From positions 672,001-736,000 of the forward strand of contig CBDCUI010000007.1 of the NCBI GenBank assembly GCA_965222615.1: DNA of 64,000 bases, read 5' to 3'. The notes beneath the pieces were generated by a model that saw nothing but the letters and a program-made list of their open reading frames with translations, ran no database searches and was not told the DNA's origin. Origin of the DNA: Gammaproteobacteria bacterium. Its GTDB lineage: Bacteria > Pseudomonadota > Gammaproteobacteria > UBA4575. Positions 1 through 10,669 of the stretch are shown here, in pieces. The position numbers and the translations under genes are program-made. Positions within the stretch are counted from its first letter, which is position 1. Each line of letters starts with the position of its first letter.

Positions 1-160
1 TGGTGCGACCATCGGTGCAATTGCTCGTGGTGATGAGGTCATTATGGCTGAAGCCGATCTTACCATTGAGCCTGAAGATCACGTAATTATGTTCTTGGCC
101 GACAAGTCCGGTGTTAGAGAAACAGAACGCTTATTTCAAGTGAGCGCCACATTCATTTAA
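1..160 (+). CDS. trkA: Trk potassium uptake NAD-binding subunit, 3' end only
   Basis: Manual translation (frame 2) GATIGAIARGDEVIMAEADLTIEPEDHVIMFLADKSGVRETERLFQVSATFI* resembles the TrkA C-terminal RCK_C domain; lies directly upstream of trkH. Confidence 0.9.
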   Translation, partial: GATIGAIARGDEVIMAEADLTIEPEDHVIMFLADKSGVRETERLFQVSATFI

Positions 161-302
161 GGGCACCTCTAAAAATGCACTTTTTTTATGATCGCTACGT
201 CAGCATGGTGCTCAAATCTTCGTGTATTACTTACACACTCCGGTTTTGCGTACATTGCTTTCTTGTTCTCAAAAAAAAATTACTATTTTTAGAAATACCC
301 TT
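159..302. mobile_element. Degenerate palindromic miniature element (RPE/MITE-like), copy 1
   Basis: Terminal inverted repeats aagggcacctctaaaaa / tttttagaaataccctt (14/17). Minus-strand core aaccggagtgtgtaagtaatacacgaagatttgagc resembles the Rickettsia-palindromic-element-type core. Confidence 0.65.
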
Positions 303-370
303 GCAGCCTAATAATTTGTATTTTGTTAAACACGTTTTAACTGTCTTCTAAAAAAACAAAAATATAACTT

Positions 371-1822
371 ATGCAGCGACAGGTTATACAACGCGTTTTA
401 GGTATATTACTCGCTTGGTTTAGTGTCACGATGTTGCCACCGATATTAGTTGGCATATTATATAAAGACGAGGCAATCACACCTTTTATACTAGCTTTTA
501 TAGTTACCCTAATTACGGGATTAATTACTTGGTATCCAGTGCGTCAGTATCGTGATGATTTGCGTTTGCGTGATGGTTTTTTAATCGTAGTGTTATTTTG
601 GACCGTGCTCAGTGCCTTTGGCGCCTTGCCTTTATTATTTAGTCAATCTTTAACGATAGGCATAACCGATGCAGTATTTGAGTCCGTTTCGGGGCTAACC
701 ACAACTGGTGCCACAGTCATCACCAACCTCGATGAGTTACCTAAATCCTTATTGTTTTACCGACAAATATTACAATGGTTAGGCGGCATGGGAATTATTG
801 TATTAGCTGTTGCAATATTGCCTATGTTAGGTGTTGGAGGTATGCAGTTATATCGTGCTGAAACACCAGGCCCAGTGAAAGACAGCAAACTCACTCCACG
901 TATTAAAGAAACGGCTAAAGCACTTTGGTATATCTACTTATCTTTGACGATTGCCTGTGCACTGGGTTATTGGATAGCCGGTATGGATGTCTTTGATGCA
1001 ATCTCGCATAGTTTTTCAACCGTGGCGATTGGTGGATTTTCCACACACAATGAAAGTATCGGATATTTTCGCAGTGCGCCAATCGAAACGGTGTCTATCA
1101 TCTTTATGTTATTGTCCGGACTTAATTTTGGTTTGCATTTTATTACCTGGAAATCGCAGAGTCTGCGCCACTATTTCCAAGATGCAGAATTTAAAACCTA
1201 CTTCTTTGTAATATTCTCAATTACATTCATAACCGCGGTTTTTTTGCGTGTTAATGAAGTGTATCTAAGCTGGGACGATGCCTTTGCTAAAGCAATTTTT
1301 CATGCGGTCTCCATTGGCACTACAACTGGTTTTACTACCTCGCATTATTACTTTTGGCCAAGTTTTTTGCCTTTACTATTGCTGTTAGCGAGTTTTATTG
1401 GCGGTTGTACCGGTTCTACCGGAGGTGGTATGAAGGTGATCCGCGTATTGCTATTGGTGAAACAAGGCCTACGGGAAATGTTACGTCTGATCCATCCAAA
1501 TGCAAAGATCGCGGTGAAAATTGGTTCTAAGGCAGTAGATAGTCGAGTTGTCGAAGCGGTATGGGGGTTTTTCTCGGCATATATAGGTGTATTTGTGGTC
1601 ATGCTATTGCTATTGATGGCCTCTGGCCTTGATCAAGTTACCGCATTTTCTGCAGTAACTGCGACACTGAATAATCTCGGCCCAGGTTTAGGCGAAGTGG
1701 GCGCTAATTACACAAGTATTAACAGTTTTAGCAAATGGGTATTGTGTTTAGGCATGTTGTTAGGCCGATTAGAAATTTTTACTTTGTTAGTGATTCTTAC
1801 TCCCGCCTTCTGGCGTCAGTAG
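371..1822 (+). CDS. trkH: Trk potassium uptake membrane protein
   Basis: Motifs FESVSGLTTTGAT, QWLGGMGII, GGCTGSTGGGMK, MLLGRLEIFT. Confidence 0.97.
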   Translation: MQRQVIQRVLGILLAWFSVTMLPPILVGILYKDEAITPFILAFIVTLITGLITWYPVRQYRDDLRLRDGFLIVVLFWTVLSAFGALPLLFSQSLTIGITDAVFESVSGLTTTGATVITNLDELPKSLLFYRQILQWLGGMGIIVLAVAILPMLGVGGMQLYRAETPGPVKDSKLTPRIKETAKALWYIYLSLTIACALGYWIAGMDVFDAISHSFSTVAIGGFSTHNESIGYFRSAPIETVSIIFMLLSGLNFGLHFITWKSQSLRHYFQDAEFKTYFFVIFSITFITAVFLRVNEVYLSWDDAFAKAIFHAVSIGTTTGFTTSHYYFWPSFLPLLLLLASFIGGCTGSTGGGMKVIRVLLLVKQGLREMLRLIHPNAKIAVKIGSKAVDSRVVEAVWGFFSAYIGVFVVMLLLLMASGLDQVTAFSAVTATLNNLGPGLGEVGANYTSINSFSKWVLCLGMLLGRLEIFTLLVILTPAFWRQ

Positions 1823-1826
1823 CTTG

Positions 1827-1947
1827 GGAGCCCCGATTTATTCCAATACTTCGTTAAAATATCTGTCAAAATGCGGGACGCGCAAACTGCAAGTACATTC
1901 CGCTTTTTCCACATATTTTGCCTCGTCTTGAAATAAATCAGTGCCCC
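1827..1947. mobile_element. Degenerate palindromic miniature element (RPE/MITE-like), copy 2
   Basis: Terminal inverted repeats ggagccccgatttattccaa / ttgaaataaatcagtgcccc (16/20); minus-strand core gcggaatgtact...gcattttgac. Confidence 0.6.
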
Positions 1948-1964
1948 TTTAAATTTGTATCTAT

Positions 1965-2543
1965 ATGGATAAGAAGGCTAAACAGAAATGGAATCGAATT
2001 TATAGTGATCGTAACGAAACTTCGATAACACCCGCGTATGTATTGTCAGAATTTCAATACCTTTTGCCGAACTCGGGAACTGCACTGGATGTTGCCTGTG
2101 GTCTAGGTGGCAATGCTATTTTTTTAGCACAACAAGGCTTACAAACTCATGCATGGGATATTTCTGAACAAGCCATTAAAAAACTTTCACAATTTTGTAA
2201 ACAGAATGACATTGATCTTATCGCTTCAGTACGTGATGTGCAGGAATGTCCACCTGCTGTAAACTCTTTCGACGTGATCTGTGTAAGTTATTTTCTTGAA
2301 CGCGGAATTACTGAGAATATAATTACTGCACTGAAACCTAGTGGTTTATTGTTTTATCAAACATTTCTTGCTGAACGTGTAACTGAACATGGACCACGTA
2401 ATCCAGAATATCGTTTAGATCAGAATGAACTATTAAAAATGTTTACACCATTACATATTTTAGTTTATCAAGAGCTGGGGCGTGTTGGAGATATTAGGCA
2501 AGGCCAGCGTGATTGTGCATTGCTAGTTGCACAAAAACGCTGA
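1965..2543 (+). CDS. Class I SAM-dependent methyltransferase (TehB-like)
   Basis: Motif I ALDVACGLGGNA, then AWDIS, FDVICV, ALKPSGLL. Confidence 0.85.
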   Translation: MDKKAKQKWNRIYSDRNETSITPAYVLSEFQYLLPNSGTALDVACGLGGNAIFLAQQGLQTHAWDISEQAIKKLSQFCKQNDIDLIASVRDVQECPPAVNSFDVICVSYFLERGITENIITALKPSGLLFYQTFLAERVTEHGPRNPEYRLDQNELLKMFTPLHILVYQELGRVGDIRQGQRDCALLVAQKR

Positions 2544-2591
2544 TTAAATCTGATAAGTTTCAAAACACCAATCCTCTACTCAAAAAATTGA

Positions 2592-3548
2592 ATGGCACTA
2601 CTTGAACTTTATCCTGCGCTCGATCCATATCACGAGTTTCAGCTTAAAGTAAGCGATCTACATACTTTATGGATAGAAGAGTCCGGCAACTCAAACGGAA
2701 CACCCATTGTGTTTTTGCATGGTGGGCCTGGTGCTGCGTGTGAAAAGTTTCAGCGACGATTTTTCGATCCGCAACAGTATCGAATTATCTTGTTCGATCA
2801 ACGTGGTTGCGGTCGTTCTACGCCGCATGCAGAGCTACGCGAGAATACCACACAAAATTTGGTCGCCGATATTGAGCACATTAGAAACCATTTAAATATC
2901 GATCGATGGCTAGTGTTTGGCGGTTCTTGGGGTTCGACTTTGGCACTTGCTTATGCGCAGGCACATGCAAACCATGTGTTAGGTTTGATATTAAGAGGGA
3001 TATTTCTGTGTCGCAAACGCGATATTCAGTGGTTTTATCAAGAAGGCGCAAGTTATATTTACCCTGATCTGTGGCAGGACTATATTCAAGTCATACCTGA
3101 ACAAGAGCGTGATGATTTAGTTACCGCATTTTATAAACGTTTGACCTCAGCTGATAAAAACATTCAACTTGAGGCAGCACGTGCTTGGTCGATTTGGGAA
3201 GGACGTACTTCAAACTTAGTTACAAAATCTTCCGTACTCGATCATTTTGCAAGTGACAATATTGCTTTAAGTCTTGCACGTATTGAATGTCACTACTTTA
3301 TAAACGATTCGTTTTTAGAAAAAGATCAATTACTGCTGAATGCAAATAAACTTAAGGATATTCCTGGAGTAATTGTACATGGACGCTATGACGTAGTGTG
3401 TCCTATTGAACAGGCCTATGCTCTACATCAAGTATGGCCAAAAGCTGAATTTATAATTGCACCCCACTCAGGACATTCTGCTACCGAACCTGAGATTGTC
3501 GATGCACTAGTAAGAGCAACACAACAATTTATTTCAGCAAAAATATGA
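2592..3548 (+). CDS. pip: Proline iminopeptidase
   Basis: LHGGPG, FDQRGCGRSTP, nucleophile motif GGSWGS, GRYDVVCP, SGHS. Confidence 0.96.
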   Translation: MALLELYPALDPYHEFQLKVSDLHTLWIEESGNSNGTPIVFLHGGPGAACEKFQRRFFDPQQYRIILFDQRGCGRSTPHAELRENTTQNLVADIEHIRNHLNIDRWLVFGGSWGSTLALAYAQAHANHVLGLILRGIFLCRKRDIQWFYQEGASYIYPDLWQDYIQVIPEQERDDLVTAFYKRLTSADKNIQLEAARAWSIWEGRTSNLVTKSSVLDHFASDNIALSLARIECHYFINDSFLEKDQLLLNANKLKDIPGVIVHGRYDVVCPIEQAYALHQVWPKAEFIIAPHSGHSATEPEIVDALVRATQQFISAKI

Positions 3549-3982
3549 TCGTACTTTTACAGCGTGTACTTACAGCCAGCGTCGTGGTCGATAACAAGAC
3601 GATCGCATCTATTGAACAAGGAGTTTTGCAATTTGTTGCAGTTCAAAAGCATGATGACGAAGATACCATTACACGCATGTGTGAACGTGTTTTAGGGTAT
3701 CGAATATTTGCCGACGATCAAGATAAGATGAATAAAAATGTCATGGATATAAAAGGGGATATTTTAGCGGTGCCACAGTTCACGCTTGCGGCAGATACCA
3801 ACAAAGGGATGCGGCCAAATTTTTCTCACGCAGCTCCACCAGATATTGGCCGCACATTATTCGACTATTTTTTGAGCACACTAAAGTCGAAGTATGCTAG
3901 AGTTAAAGCCGGTAAATTTGGAGCCAATATGCAGGTACAATTGACCAATGATGGTCCGGTTACCTTTTGGCTACAAAATTAA
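3545..3982 (+). CDS. dtd: D-aminoacyl-tRNA deacylase
   Basis: LQRV, PQFTLAADT, GMRPNFS, NDGPVT. Confidence 0.96.
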   Translation: MIVLLQRVLTASVVVDNKTIASIEQGVLQFVAVQKHDDEDTITRMCERVLGYRIFADDQDKMNKNVMDIKGDILAVPQFTLAADTNKGMRPNFSHAAPPDIGRTLFDYFLSTLKSKYARVKAGKFGANMQVQLTNDGPVTFWLQN

Positions 3983-4057
3983 CGAGTGAACGAAATAATA
4001 AATCAGAACTTCCTAAATTGATTTTTCAAGCCTCATAATATTTTTTTGTATATTACT

Positions 4058-4651
4058 GTGACATCACGAACTGCCAGTGTTGAGCGCAATACCAAAGAAA
4101 CACAAATAGCCATTCAATTGAATTTGGACGGCAACGGTCAAGCTACACTAAAAACGGGATTGCCTTTTTTTGATCACATGCTGGATCAAATAGCTCGTCA
4201 TGGAATGCTGGATATCAATATCGATGCTCAAGGCGATCTTGAAATCGATGCTCACCATACCGTTGAAGATATAGGCATAACATTAGGGCAAGCATTTACG
4301 CAGGCGCTTGGTGATAAAAAGGGGATACGGCGCTATGGGTATGCCTATGTTCCATTAGATGAGGCGCTTTCACGGGTGGTGATTGATTTTTCGGGTCGTC
4401 CCGGGCTTGAATTTCGTGTGCAATTTCCACGCGCACGTGTTGGTGAATTTGATGTGGATCTTACCCATGAATTCTTTCAAGGGTTTGTAAACCATGCCAA
4501 TGTTACTTTGCATATCGACAATTTATGTGGAACAAATTCTCATCATATCGCTGAAACCATATTCAAATCGTTCGGTCGAGCGGTTCGTATGGCTGTTGAA
4601 TCAGATGAACGTATGCAAGGAGTGGTTCCATCCACTAAAGGAAGCCTCTAG
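4058..4651 (+). CDS. hisB: Imidazoleglycerol-phosphate dehydratase (monofunctional)
   Basis: [33 protein letters not shown] start at 4058 preferred over TTG at 4046. Confidence 0.96.
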   Translation: MTSRTASVERNTKETQIAIQLNLDGNGQATLKTGLPFFDHMLDQIARHGMLDINIDAQGDLEIDAHHTVEDIGITLGQAFTQALGDKKGIRRYGYAYVPLDEALSRVVIDFSGRPGLEFRVQFPRARVGEFDVDLTHEFFQGFVNHANVTLHIDNLCGTNSHHIAETIFKSFGRAVRMAVESDERMQGVVPSTKGSL

Positions 4652-4756
4652 GATGTTGCCTAAGCATACAAATGATTGTCTAGATCAAGTAAAAATTTGT
4701 AGCATGGTTATGGAAATTGACAAGTTTTTTGTCCAAGTACAACGCACTAGGAATTT

Positions 4757-5419
4757 ATGGTGAGTAAAATTGCAGTAGTTGATTACGGTATGGGCAATCT
4801 ATATTCCGTCGCCAAAGCAGTTGAACACGTGACTACTGATGCCGATCGTGTAATCGTTACTTCAAGTCCAGCAGAAATTATCAGCAGTGATAAAGTGGTA
4901 TTTCCAGGTCAAGGTGCTGCACAGGATTGTATGTCTGCCATGCATAAGTATGATCTACAGTCGGCAATTATTACTGCTGCAGAACAAAAACCATTTTTAG
5001 GAATATGTATGGGCATGCAAGTTCTAATGCGGACTAGTGAAGAAAATGGTGGAACAGATTGCTTGGCATTTTATGAAGGTAATGTAAGTTACTTTGGTAA
5101 CCATTTTTCAATTGGCTCAGCCGAAGGTTGTTATAAAGTCCCACATATGGGTTGGAACTGTATTGAACAGCAACAGGCGCACCCATTATGGAAAGATATT
5201 TTAAATGTAAGTTATTTCTATTTTGTGCATAGTTATTTTGTACAATGCAATGATGAAAAACTCATTGTGGGGACTACTGATTATGGAATAAGCTTTACGT
5301 CTGTTATTGCGAAGGACAATGTGTTTGCAATGCAGTGTCACCCGGAGAAAAGTGCAAAACCAGGTTTACAGTTACTTCATAATTTTGTGCAATGGGATGG
5401 TAGCTATACCGTGAGTTAA
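4757..5419 (+). CDS. hisH: Imidazole glycerol phosphate synthase glutamine amidotransferase subunit
   Basis: DYGMGNL, FLGICMGMQ, YFVHSY, QCHPEKS. Confidence 0.96.
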   Translation: MVSKIAVVDYGMGNLYSVAKAVEHVTTDADRVIVTSSPAEIISSDKVVFPGQGAAQDCMSAMHKYDLQSAIITAAEQKPFLGICMGMQVLMRTSEENGGTDCLAFYEGNVSYFGNHFSIGSAEGCYKVPHMGWNCIEQQQAHPLWKDILNVSYFYFVHSYFVQCNDEKLIVGTTDYGISFTSVIAKDNVFAMQCHPEKSAKPGLQLLHNFVQWDGSYTVS

Positions 5420-5438
5420 GTTTTTAAATGTACATACC

Positions 5439-6176
5439 ATGTTAATTATTCCAGCAATAGACTTAAAAAATGGAAAATGTGTTCGTCTACGCCAAGGCGA
5501 TATGGAGGATGTAACAGTATTTTCTGAAGAACCAGTTGCGGTTGCAGAACAATGGGTGAAAGGGGGTGCAAGGCGATTGCACATTGTGGATTTGGATGGC
5601 GCTTCTTCAGGGGGTCCCCAAAATGCTGAAATAATCCACACCATTTGTTCGAATCATCCAGACCTCCCCATTCAAGTAGGCGGTGGGATACGCGATGAAG
5701 ACACGGTGCAAGCCTATCTTGATGTTGGGGTTCAATATGTAATTATTGGTACAAAAGCCGTCAGTGCCCCTCATTTTGTAAACGACCTGTGTTTGGAGTT
5801 TCCAGGCCATATTATTGTTGGACTGGATGCCAAAGAGGGAAAAGTTGCAATCGATGGTTGGTCCAAACTTTCACATCATGATGCTATTGATATGGCACAA
5901 CACTTTGAATCAGATGGAGTGGCTGCTATTGTGTTCACAGACATTAGTCGCGATGGCATGATGCGAGGATTGAATGTTGAAGCTACTGCAGAATTAGCCA
6001 ATGCCATTCATATTCCGGTTATTGCATCAGGCGGGGTTACCTCAGAGAAAGATATCAAAAAATTATGTGAGTGTGATGAGGAAGGTATTATTGGGGTCAT
6101 TGTAGGGCGTGCACTTTATGAAGGAACGATAGAGCTTCAGCATGCACAAAAACTTGCCGATTCCTATCAGCCATAA
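5439..6176 (+). CDS. hisA: ProFAR isomerase
   Basis: IIPAIDLKNGKCVRL, QVGGGIR, IASGGV, GRALYEG. Confidence 0.97.
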   Translation: MLIIPAIDLKNGKCVRLRQGDMEDVTVFSEEPVAVAEQWVKGGARRLHIVDLDGASSGGPQNAEIIHTICSNHPDLPIQVGGGIRDEDTVQAYLDVGVQYVIIGTKAVSAPHFVNDLCLEFPGHIIVGLDAKEGKVAIDGWSKLSHHDAIDMAQHFESDGVAAIVFTDISRDGMMRGLNVEATAELANAIHIPVIASGGVTSEKDIKKLCECDEEGIIGVIVGRALYEGTIELQHAQKLADSYQP

Positions 6177-6229
6177 TAATTCATAAATACTGTTTAGCAG
6201 TTTTCCTGTTTTTCCCACAATTAAATTAA

Positions 6230-6362
6230 AAGAAGTTCTGATTTATTAATGTAATGACTGATATTAGGCAAAAGATCTCGAGCAAGCGCAGTGTATGTAA
6301 AAGTATACATGAGCATTGTGAGAGATCTTTTAACAACATATCAGAATAAATCAGAGCTTCTT
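6230..6362. mobile_element. Palindromic miniature element (RPE/MITE-like), copy 3, between hisA and hisF
   Basis: Terminal inverted repeats aagaagttctgatttatt / aataaatcagagcttctt (17/18); nested inverted repeats ctgatat..aaaagatctc / gagatctttt..atatcag; core gcgcagtgtatgtaaaagtatacatgagcatt. Confidence 0.7.
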
Positions 6363-6370
6363 TACTAATT

Positions 6371-7144
6371 ATGCCGCTTGCGAAACGCATCATCCCTTGC
6401 TTAGACGTCGATGCTGGTCGTGTAGTGAAGGGGGTTAAATTTGTAGATATCCGAGACGCCGGAGATCCAGTTGAAGTGGCTAGGCGTTATGATGCAGAAG
6501 GTGCAGATGAAATTACTTTTTTAGATATCACAGCCAGTTCTGACAATCGCGAAACGATTGTCCATGTCGTAGAAAAGGTTGCCGCGGAAGTTTTTATCCC
6601 ATTAACTGTTGGTGGAGGAATTCGTAAAACCGAGGATATTCGCAAACTGTTAAATGCGGGTGCGGATAAGGTTGGTATCAATACTGCAGCAGTGTTCGAT
6701 CCAGAATTTGTAAAACAAGCCAGTAAAAAAGTCGGTTCACAATGTATTGTTGTGGCCATCGATGCCAAGCAAGTCAGTCAAGAAGATCAAGCGCCAAAAT
6801 GGGAAATTTTCACTCATGGGGGACGTAAGCCCACCGGTATCGATGCCGTGCAATGGGCTCAGAAAATGGAAAGCTATGGTGCCGGTGAAATTCTACTAAC
6901 CAGCATGGATCGTGATGGCACTAAAATAGGCTTTGACTTGGAGCTTACTCGAATGGTTAGTGAAACCGTTGGTATTCCGGTTATAGCCTCTGGGGGAGTG
7001 GGGACATTGGCACATCTGGCCGAAGGCGTGACAATAGGTAAAGCCGAAGCCGTATTAGCTGCAAGCATATTCCATTTTGGTGAATATACGATTCAGGAAG
7101 CTAAACGGTATATGGCCGCCCAAGGCATCTTAGTAAGAAACTAG
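6371..7144 (+). CDS. hisF: Imidazole glycerol phosphate synthase cyclase subunit
   Basis: [31 protein letters not shown]. Confidence 0.98.
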   Translation: MPLAKRIIPCLDVDAGRVVKGVKFVDIRDAGDPVEVARRYDAEGADEITFLDITASSDNRETIVHVVEKVAAEVFIPLTVGGGIRKTEDIRKLLNAGADKVGINTAAVFDPEFVKQASKKVGSQCIVVAIDAKQVSQEDQAPKWEIFTHGGRKPTGIDAVQWAQKMESYGAGEILLTSMDRDGTKIGFDLELTRMVSETVGIPVIASGGVGTLAHLAEGVTIGKAEAVLAASIFHFGEYTIQEAKRYMAAQGILVRN

Positions 7145-7247
7145 TATAAGAAATTGTTTACTTAAATTGTGTGAAGTGCGATATATCACTTATATTACGT
7201 TGTAACTACCTTTTTGAATACTACAGCTAAGAGCTCGCCAATATATA

Positions 7248-7577
7248 ATGAATACAATTAATACATTACGAGAATTAACGGAGATACTTGAGCAACGGAA
7301 AAACTCGAGCCCTGAAGCGTCCTATGTGGCTAGTTTATATGCATCAGGTCTTGAGAAAATCCTTGCTAAGATAAACGAAGAAGCAAATGAAGCGATTGAC
7401 GCTGCAAAAGAGGACGATGAGCAACACTTAATTCAAGAGATTGCCGATTTGTGGTTTCATTGTATGGTGCTACTTGCATATAAAGAGACAAGTTATGAAG
7501 CGGTATTGGCGGAACTTAGAAATAGGTTTGGAACTTCGGGGCTTGTAGAAAAAGCGCAACGCAACAAGGTAAATTGA
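7248..7577 (+). CDS. hisE: Phosphoribosyl-ATP pyrophosphatase
   Basis: SYVASL, KINEEANE, EIADLWFH, RFGTSGLVEK. Confidence 0.95.
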   Translation: MNTINTLRELTEILEQRKNSSPEASYVASLYASGLEKILAKINEEANEAIDAAKEDDEQHLIQEIADLWFHCMVLLAYKETSYEAVLAELRNRFGTSGLVEKAQRNKVN

Positions 7578-7614
7578 CATTATTAATTTTTAGATTTTTT
7601 ATTGGAGCAAAGCT

Positions 7615-7797
7615 ATGTCTATTGGACCGTTACAGCTACTTATTGTCTTACTAATTATTGTGTTGATTTTTGGTACTAAAAAATTACGCAATATGGGTAG
7701 TGACTTAGGTGGCGCGATTAAAAATTTCAAGAAATCCGTAAAAGACGAAAGTGAACCGGAAGATTCAGAAACTGAAGAAACTCCACCAAAAGAATAA
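7615..7797 (+). CDS. tatA: Twin-arginine translocase subunit TatA
   Basis: N-terminal [23 protein letters not shown]. Confidence 0.95.
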   Translation: MSIGPLQLLIVLLIIVLIFGTKKLRNMGSDLGGAIKNFKKSVKDESEPEDSETEETPPKE

Positions 7798-7811
7798 ATC
7801 AGAGTTTCGAT

Positions 7812-8186
7812 ATGCCTGATTTAGGGTTTTGGGAGCTCACTATCATCATGATAGTTGCATTATTAGTTGTTGGGCCAGAACGTCTTCCAGTATTGGCGGG
7901 GCAGGTAGGTCGGTGGGTAGGCAAGGCGAAAAGAGTACTGCGAAGTATCCGTTCGGACATCGAGTCTGAAATTAAAGCCGCTGAATTGCAAGAGATTTTA
8001 AAAAAACAACAAAATGAAATAGGGGAACTCAAAGAAGTTTTGACTGATACACAAAAAAAATTAGAAAAAGAATTCTATGACGAAGACAATCGTGATTTTA
8101 TTAAAGCGGTAGAAGATCATGTTGAATCTACTAAACAACAAGAGCTTAGTTTAAACCCTGACGCAAAAAAGCATGAATCCGACTGA
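7812..8186 (+). CDS. tatB: Twin-arginine translocase subunit TatB
   Basis: DLGFWEL...VVGPERLP. Confidence 0.95.
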   Translation: MPDLGFWELTIIMIVALLVVGPERLPVLAGQVGRWVGKAKRVLRSIRSDIESEIKAAELQEILKKQQNEIGELKEVLTDTQKKLEKEFYDEDNRDFIKAVEDHVESTKQQELSLNPDAKKHESD

Positions 8187-9036
8187 AGAAACTTCAGACG
8201 AAAATAATACCCAAGAAACTCTGCTCTCGCATTTATATGAAGTGCGCACCAGGCTACTCTGGATTGTAGGCAGCGTTTTTGTTGTTTTTTTAGGGCTATT
8301 CCCTTTTGCGAATAAACTATATGCTTATTTAGCTGGACCATTGATGGCACATCTACCGGAAGGTAGCTCGATGGTTGCCATTGATGTCGCCTCTCCTTTC
8401 TTGACACCGTTTAAACTTGTCTTTTTGATTAGCATTGTGTTGGCGATACCGATTATTCTTTACCATGTTTGGGCCTTTGTTGCCCCAGGCCTATACAAGA
8501 ATGAGCAACGTTTAGTTTTTCCCATACTCGTTTCTAGCTCGATTTTATTTTATATAGGCATGGCGTTTGCATATTTTATCGTGTTCCCGTTGATGTTTGG
8601 TTTTTTTACCCGAGTCGCGCCGCAAGGAGTAGCGGTGATGACCGATATCGGTCGCTATCTAGATTTTGTATTAAAGATCTTTATCGCTTTTGGTGTCGCC
8701 TTTGAGGTGCCCATCGTAACCTTAGTGTTGGTGAAGCTGGGTATTACTACGCCAAATGATCTGGCTTCTAAGCGGCCATATGTAATTGTTGCAGCATTTA
8801 TTGTTGGCATGTTATTGACTCCACCTGATGTAGTCTCGCAAATTTTATTAGCCATTCCTGTATGGATATTATTTGAGCTTGGCCTATTTCTTGCGCGCGT
8901 GACTATCAATAATGATGATGAAACGGATACGGAAGAAACAACTGAGCCTCGCTTTAGTCCACTTACCGATGAAGAACGTGAAGTAGAACTAAATGAATCC
9001 GAACTACTAAATGATTCTGAGGGTCCTACTGATTAA
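8173..9036 (+). CDS. tatC: Twin-arginine translocase subunit TatC
   Basis: [32 protein letters not shown]. Confidence 0.96.
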   Translation: MNPTEETSDENNTQETLLSHLYEVRTRLLWIVGSVFVVFLGLFPFANKLYAYLAGPLMAHLPEGSSMVAIDVASPFLTPFKLVFLISIVLAIPIILYHVWAFVAPGLYKNEQRLVFPILVSSSILFYIGMAFAYFIVFPLMFGFFTRVAPQGVAVMTDIGRYLDFVLKIFIAFGVAFEVPIVTLVLVKLGITTPNDLASKRPYVIVAAFIVGMLLTPPDVVSQILLAIPVWILFELGLFLARVTINNDDETDTEETTEPRFSPLTDEEREVELNESELLNDSEGPTD

Positions 9037-9081
9037 TCATAGCTTTCTTGTATCACTTTAAATTAATAATCGATTCGTTGT

Positions 9082-10635
9082 ATGGCGGCAAATAATAAAA
9101 TAACACTACGTAACAGAGCGATGCTAATTATTCTGGACGGTGTTGGTGTCAATCCAAGTAAAGCTAATAACGCTGTGCTGCAAGCTACTACACCAAAGCT
9201 TGATGAATATTTTTCTAAATATCCGCATACGGTATTAGAAGCATCCGGTGAAGCAGTTGGTTTACCACCAGGGCAAATGGGAAATTCAGAAGTCGGTCAT
9301 ATGACCATTGGTTGTGGGACAATCATTAAGCAAGATTTGATTCGAATCAATGATGCCATTGCTGATGGTAGTTTTTTTGAAATGTCTCCACTGCATCGTG
9401 CGCTGGAAAATGCCAAAAAGAAAGAAGGCTATATCCATATCATTGGTTTGTTATCTGATGGTGGTGTACATTCCCACATTAATCACACACTTGCGCTTTT
9501 AAAGTTGTGCAGAGATGTCCAAGTGCGCCCTGTTGTACATGTGATAACAGATGGTCGTGATACTCCACCAAAGAGTGCAAAAAAATATGTACAACAATTA
9601 AGTGATGCACTAGCAGAAGTTAACGGTTCTATTGCCACAATAATAGGACGTTATTTCGCTATGGATCGTGATCGCAGGTGGGAGCGAACGATTAAAGCCT
9701 GGGAAGCCTTAGTGCTGTTGAAGGGTGAGAAGTGCACCGATGCAATGGATGCAATTAATCAAGCCTATACAAGAGGGGAAACCGATGAATTCATTACACC
9801 TTCGGTGCTAGGTGGTGCTATGCCCATGACGGCTGAATCGGAAGTGGTCTTTTTTAACTTTCGCAATGACAGACCCAGACAATTAAGCAAAGCATTGGCC
9901 AAACTCGATTTTACAGCTTTTGATCGTGGTCCGGATTACGAGCCTGTCAAACTCACCAAGATGACAAAATACAGCAAGGATTATCTTGGGCCGGTTGTGT
10001 TTGCACCTCGGAAACCCGAAACCAATTTAGCAGAAGTAATTAGCAAAGCGGGTTTAAATCAGTTCCGTTGTGCAGAAACTGAAAAGTATCCACATGTTAC
10101 TTACTTTTTAAATGGTGGCCAGGAAGATGCCTATGAGGGTGAAGATCGCAAAATGGTACCTTCTCCAAAAGTTGCTACCTATGATTTGCAACCGGAAATG
10201 AGTGCAGAAGAAGTAGCTGATGAAGTCATTAAAGCGGTTAACAATAATGCCTATGCGTTAATTGTCACTAACTTTGCCAACGGAGACATGGTTGGACATA
10301 CTGCAAAGAGGCAAGCCATTATTCAAGCGCTTGAGGCCTTGGACACTCATGTAGGTCGTGTGCTCGAAGCGGCCATAGAAAACAATATTTCAGTGGTACT
10401 CACCTCGGATCATGGTAATTGTGATGAAATGGTAGACCCATTAAGCCACGAACCACACACACAACACACCACTTATCCTGTACCCTGTTTAGTGATCGAT
10501 AAAGATAACTACTGGAGCTTAGCCAATGGTCAAGGCTTAAGTTCTGTAGCACCAACGATTTTAGAATTGATGGAGATTGAAAAGCCCGGCGCAATGACAG
10601 GCGAATCATTATTGATACCTAGAAATGGATTTTGA
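9082..10635 (+). CDS. gpmI: 2,3-bisphosphoglycerate-independent phosphoglycerate mutase
   Basis: LIILDG, GQMGNSEVGH, DGRDT, ETEKYPHVT, DMVGHT, SDHGN. Confidence 0.97.
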   Translation: MAANNKITLRNRAMLIILDGVGVNPSKANNAVLQATTPKLDEYFSKYPHTVLEASGEAVGLPPGQMGNSEVGHMTIGCGTIIKQDLIRINDAIADGSFFEMSPLHRALENAKKKEGYIHIIGLLSDGGVHSHINHTLALLKLCRDVQVRPVVHVITDGRDTPPKSAKKYVQQLSDALAEVNGSIATIIGRYFAMDRDRRWERTIKAWEALVLLKGEKCTDAMDAINQAYTRGETDEFITPSVLGGAMPMTAESEVVFFNFRNDRPRQLSKALAKLDFTAFDRGPDYEPVKLTKMTKYSKDYLGPVVFAPRKPETNLAEVISKAGLNQFRCAETEKYPHVTYFLNGGQEDAYEGEDRKMVPSPKVATYDLQPEMSAEEVADEVIKAVNNNAYALIVTNFANGDMVGHTAKRQAIIQALEALDTHVGRVLEAAIENNISVVLTSDHGNCDEMVDPLSHEPHTQHTTYPVPCLVIDKDNYWSLANGQGLSSVAPTILELMEIEKPGAMTGESLLIPRNGF

Positions 10636-10669
10636 TGTAGAAAGTATTTAATTACTGAATAAGCAAAAC

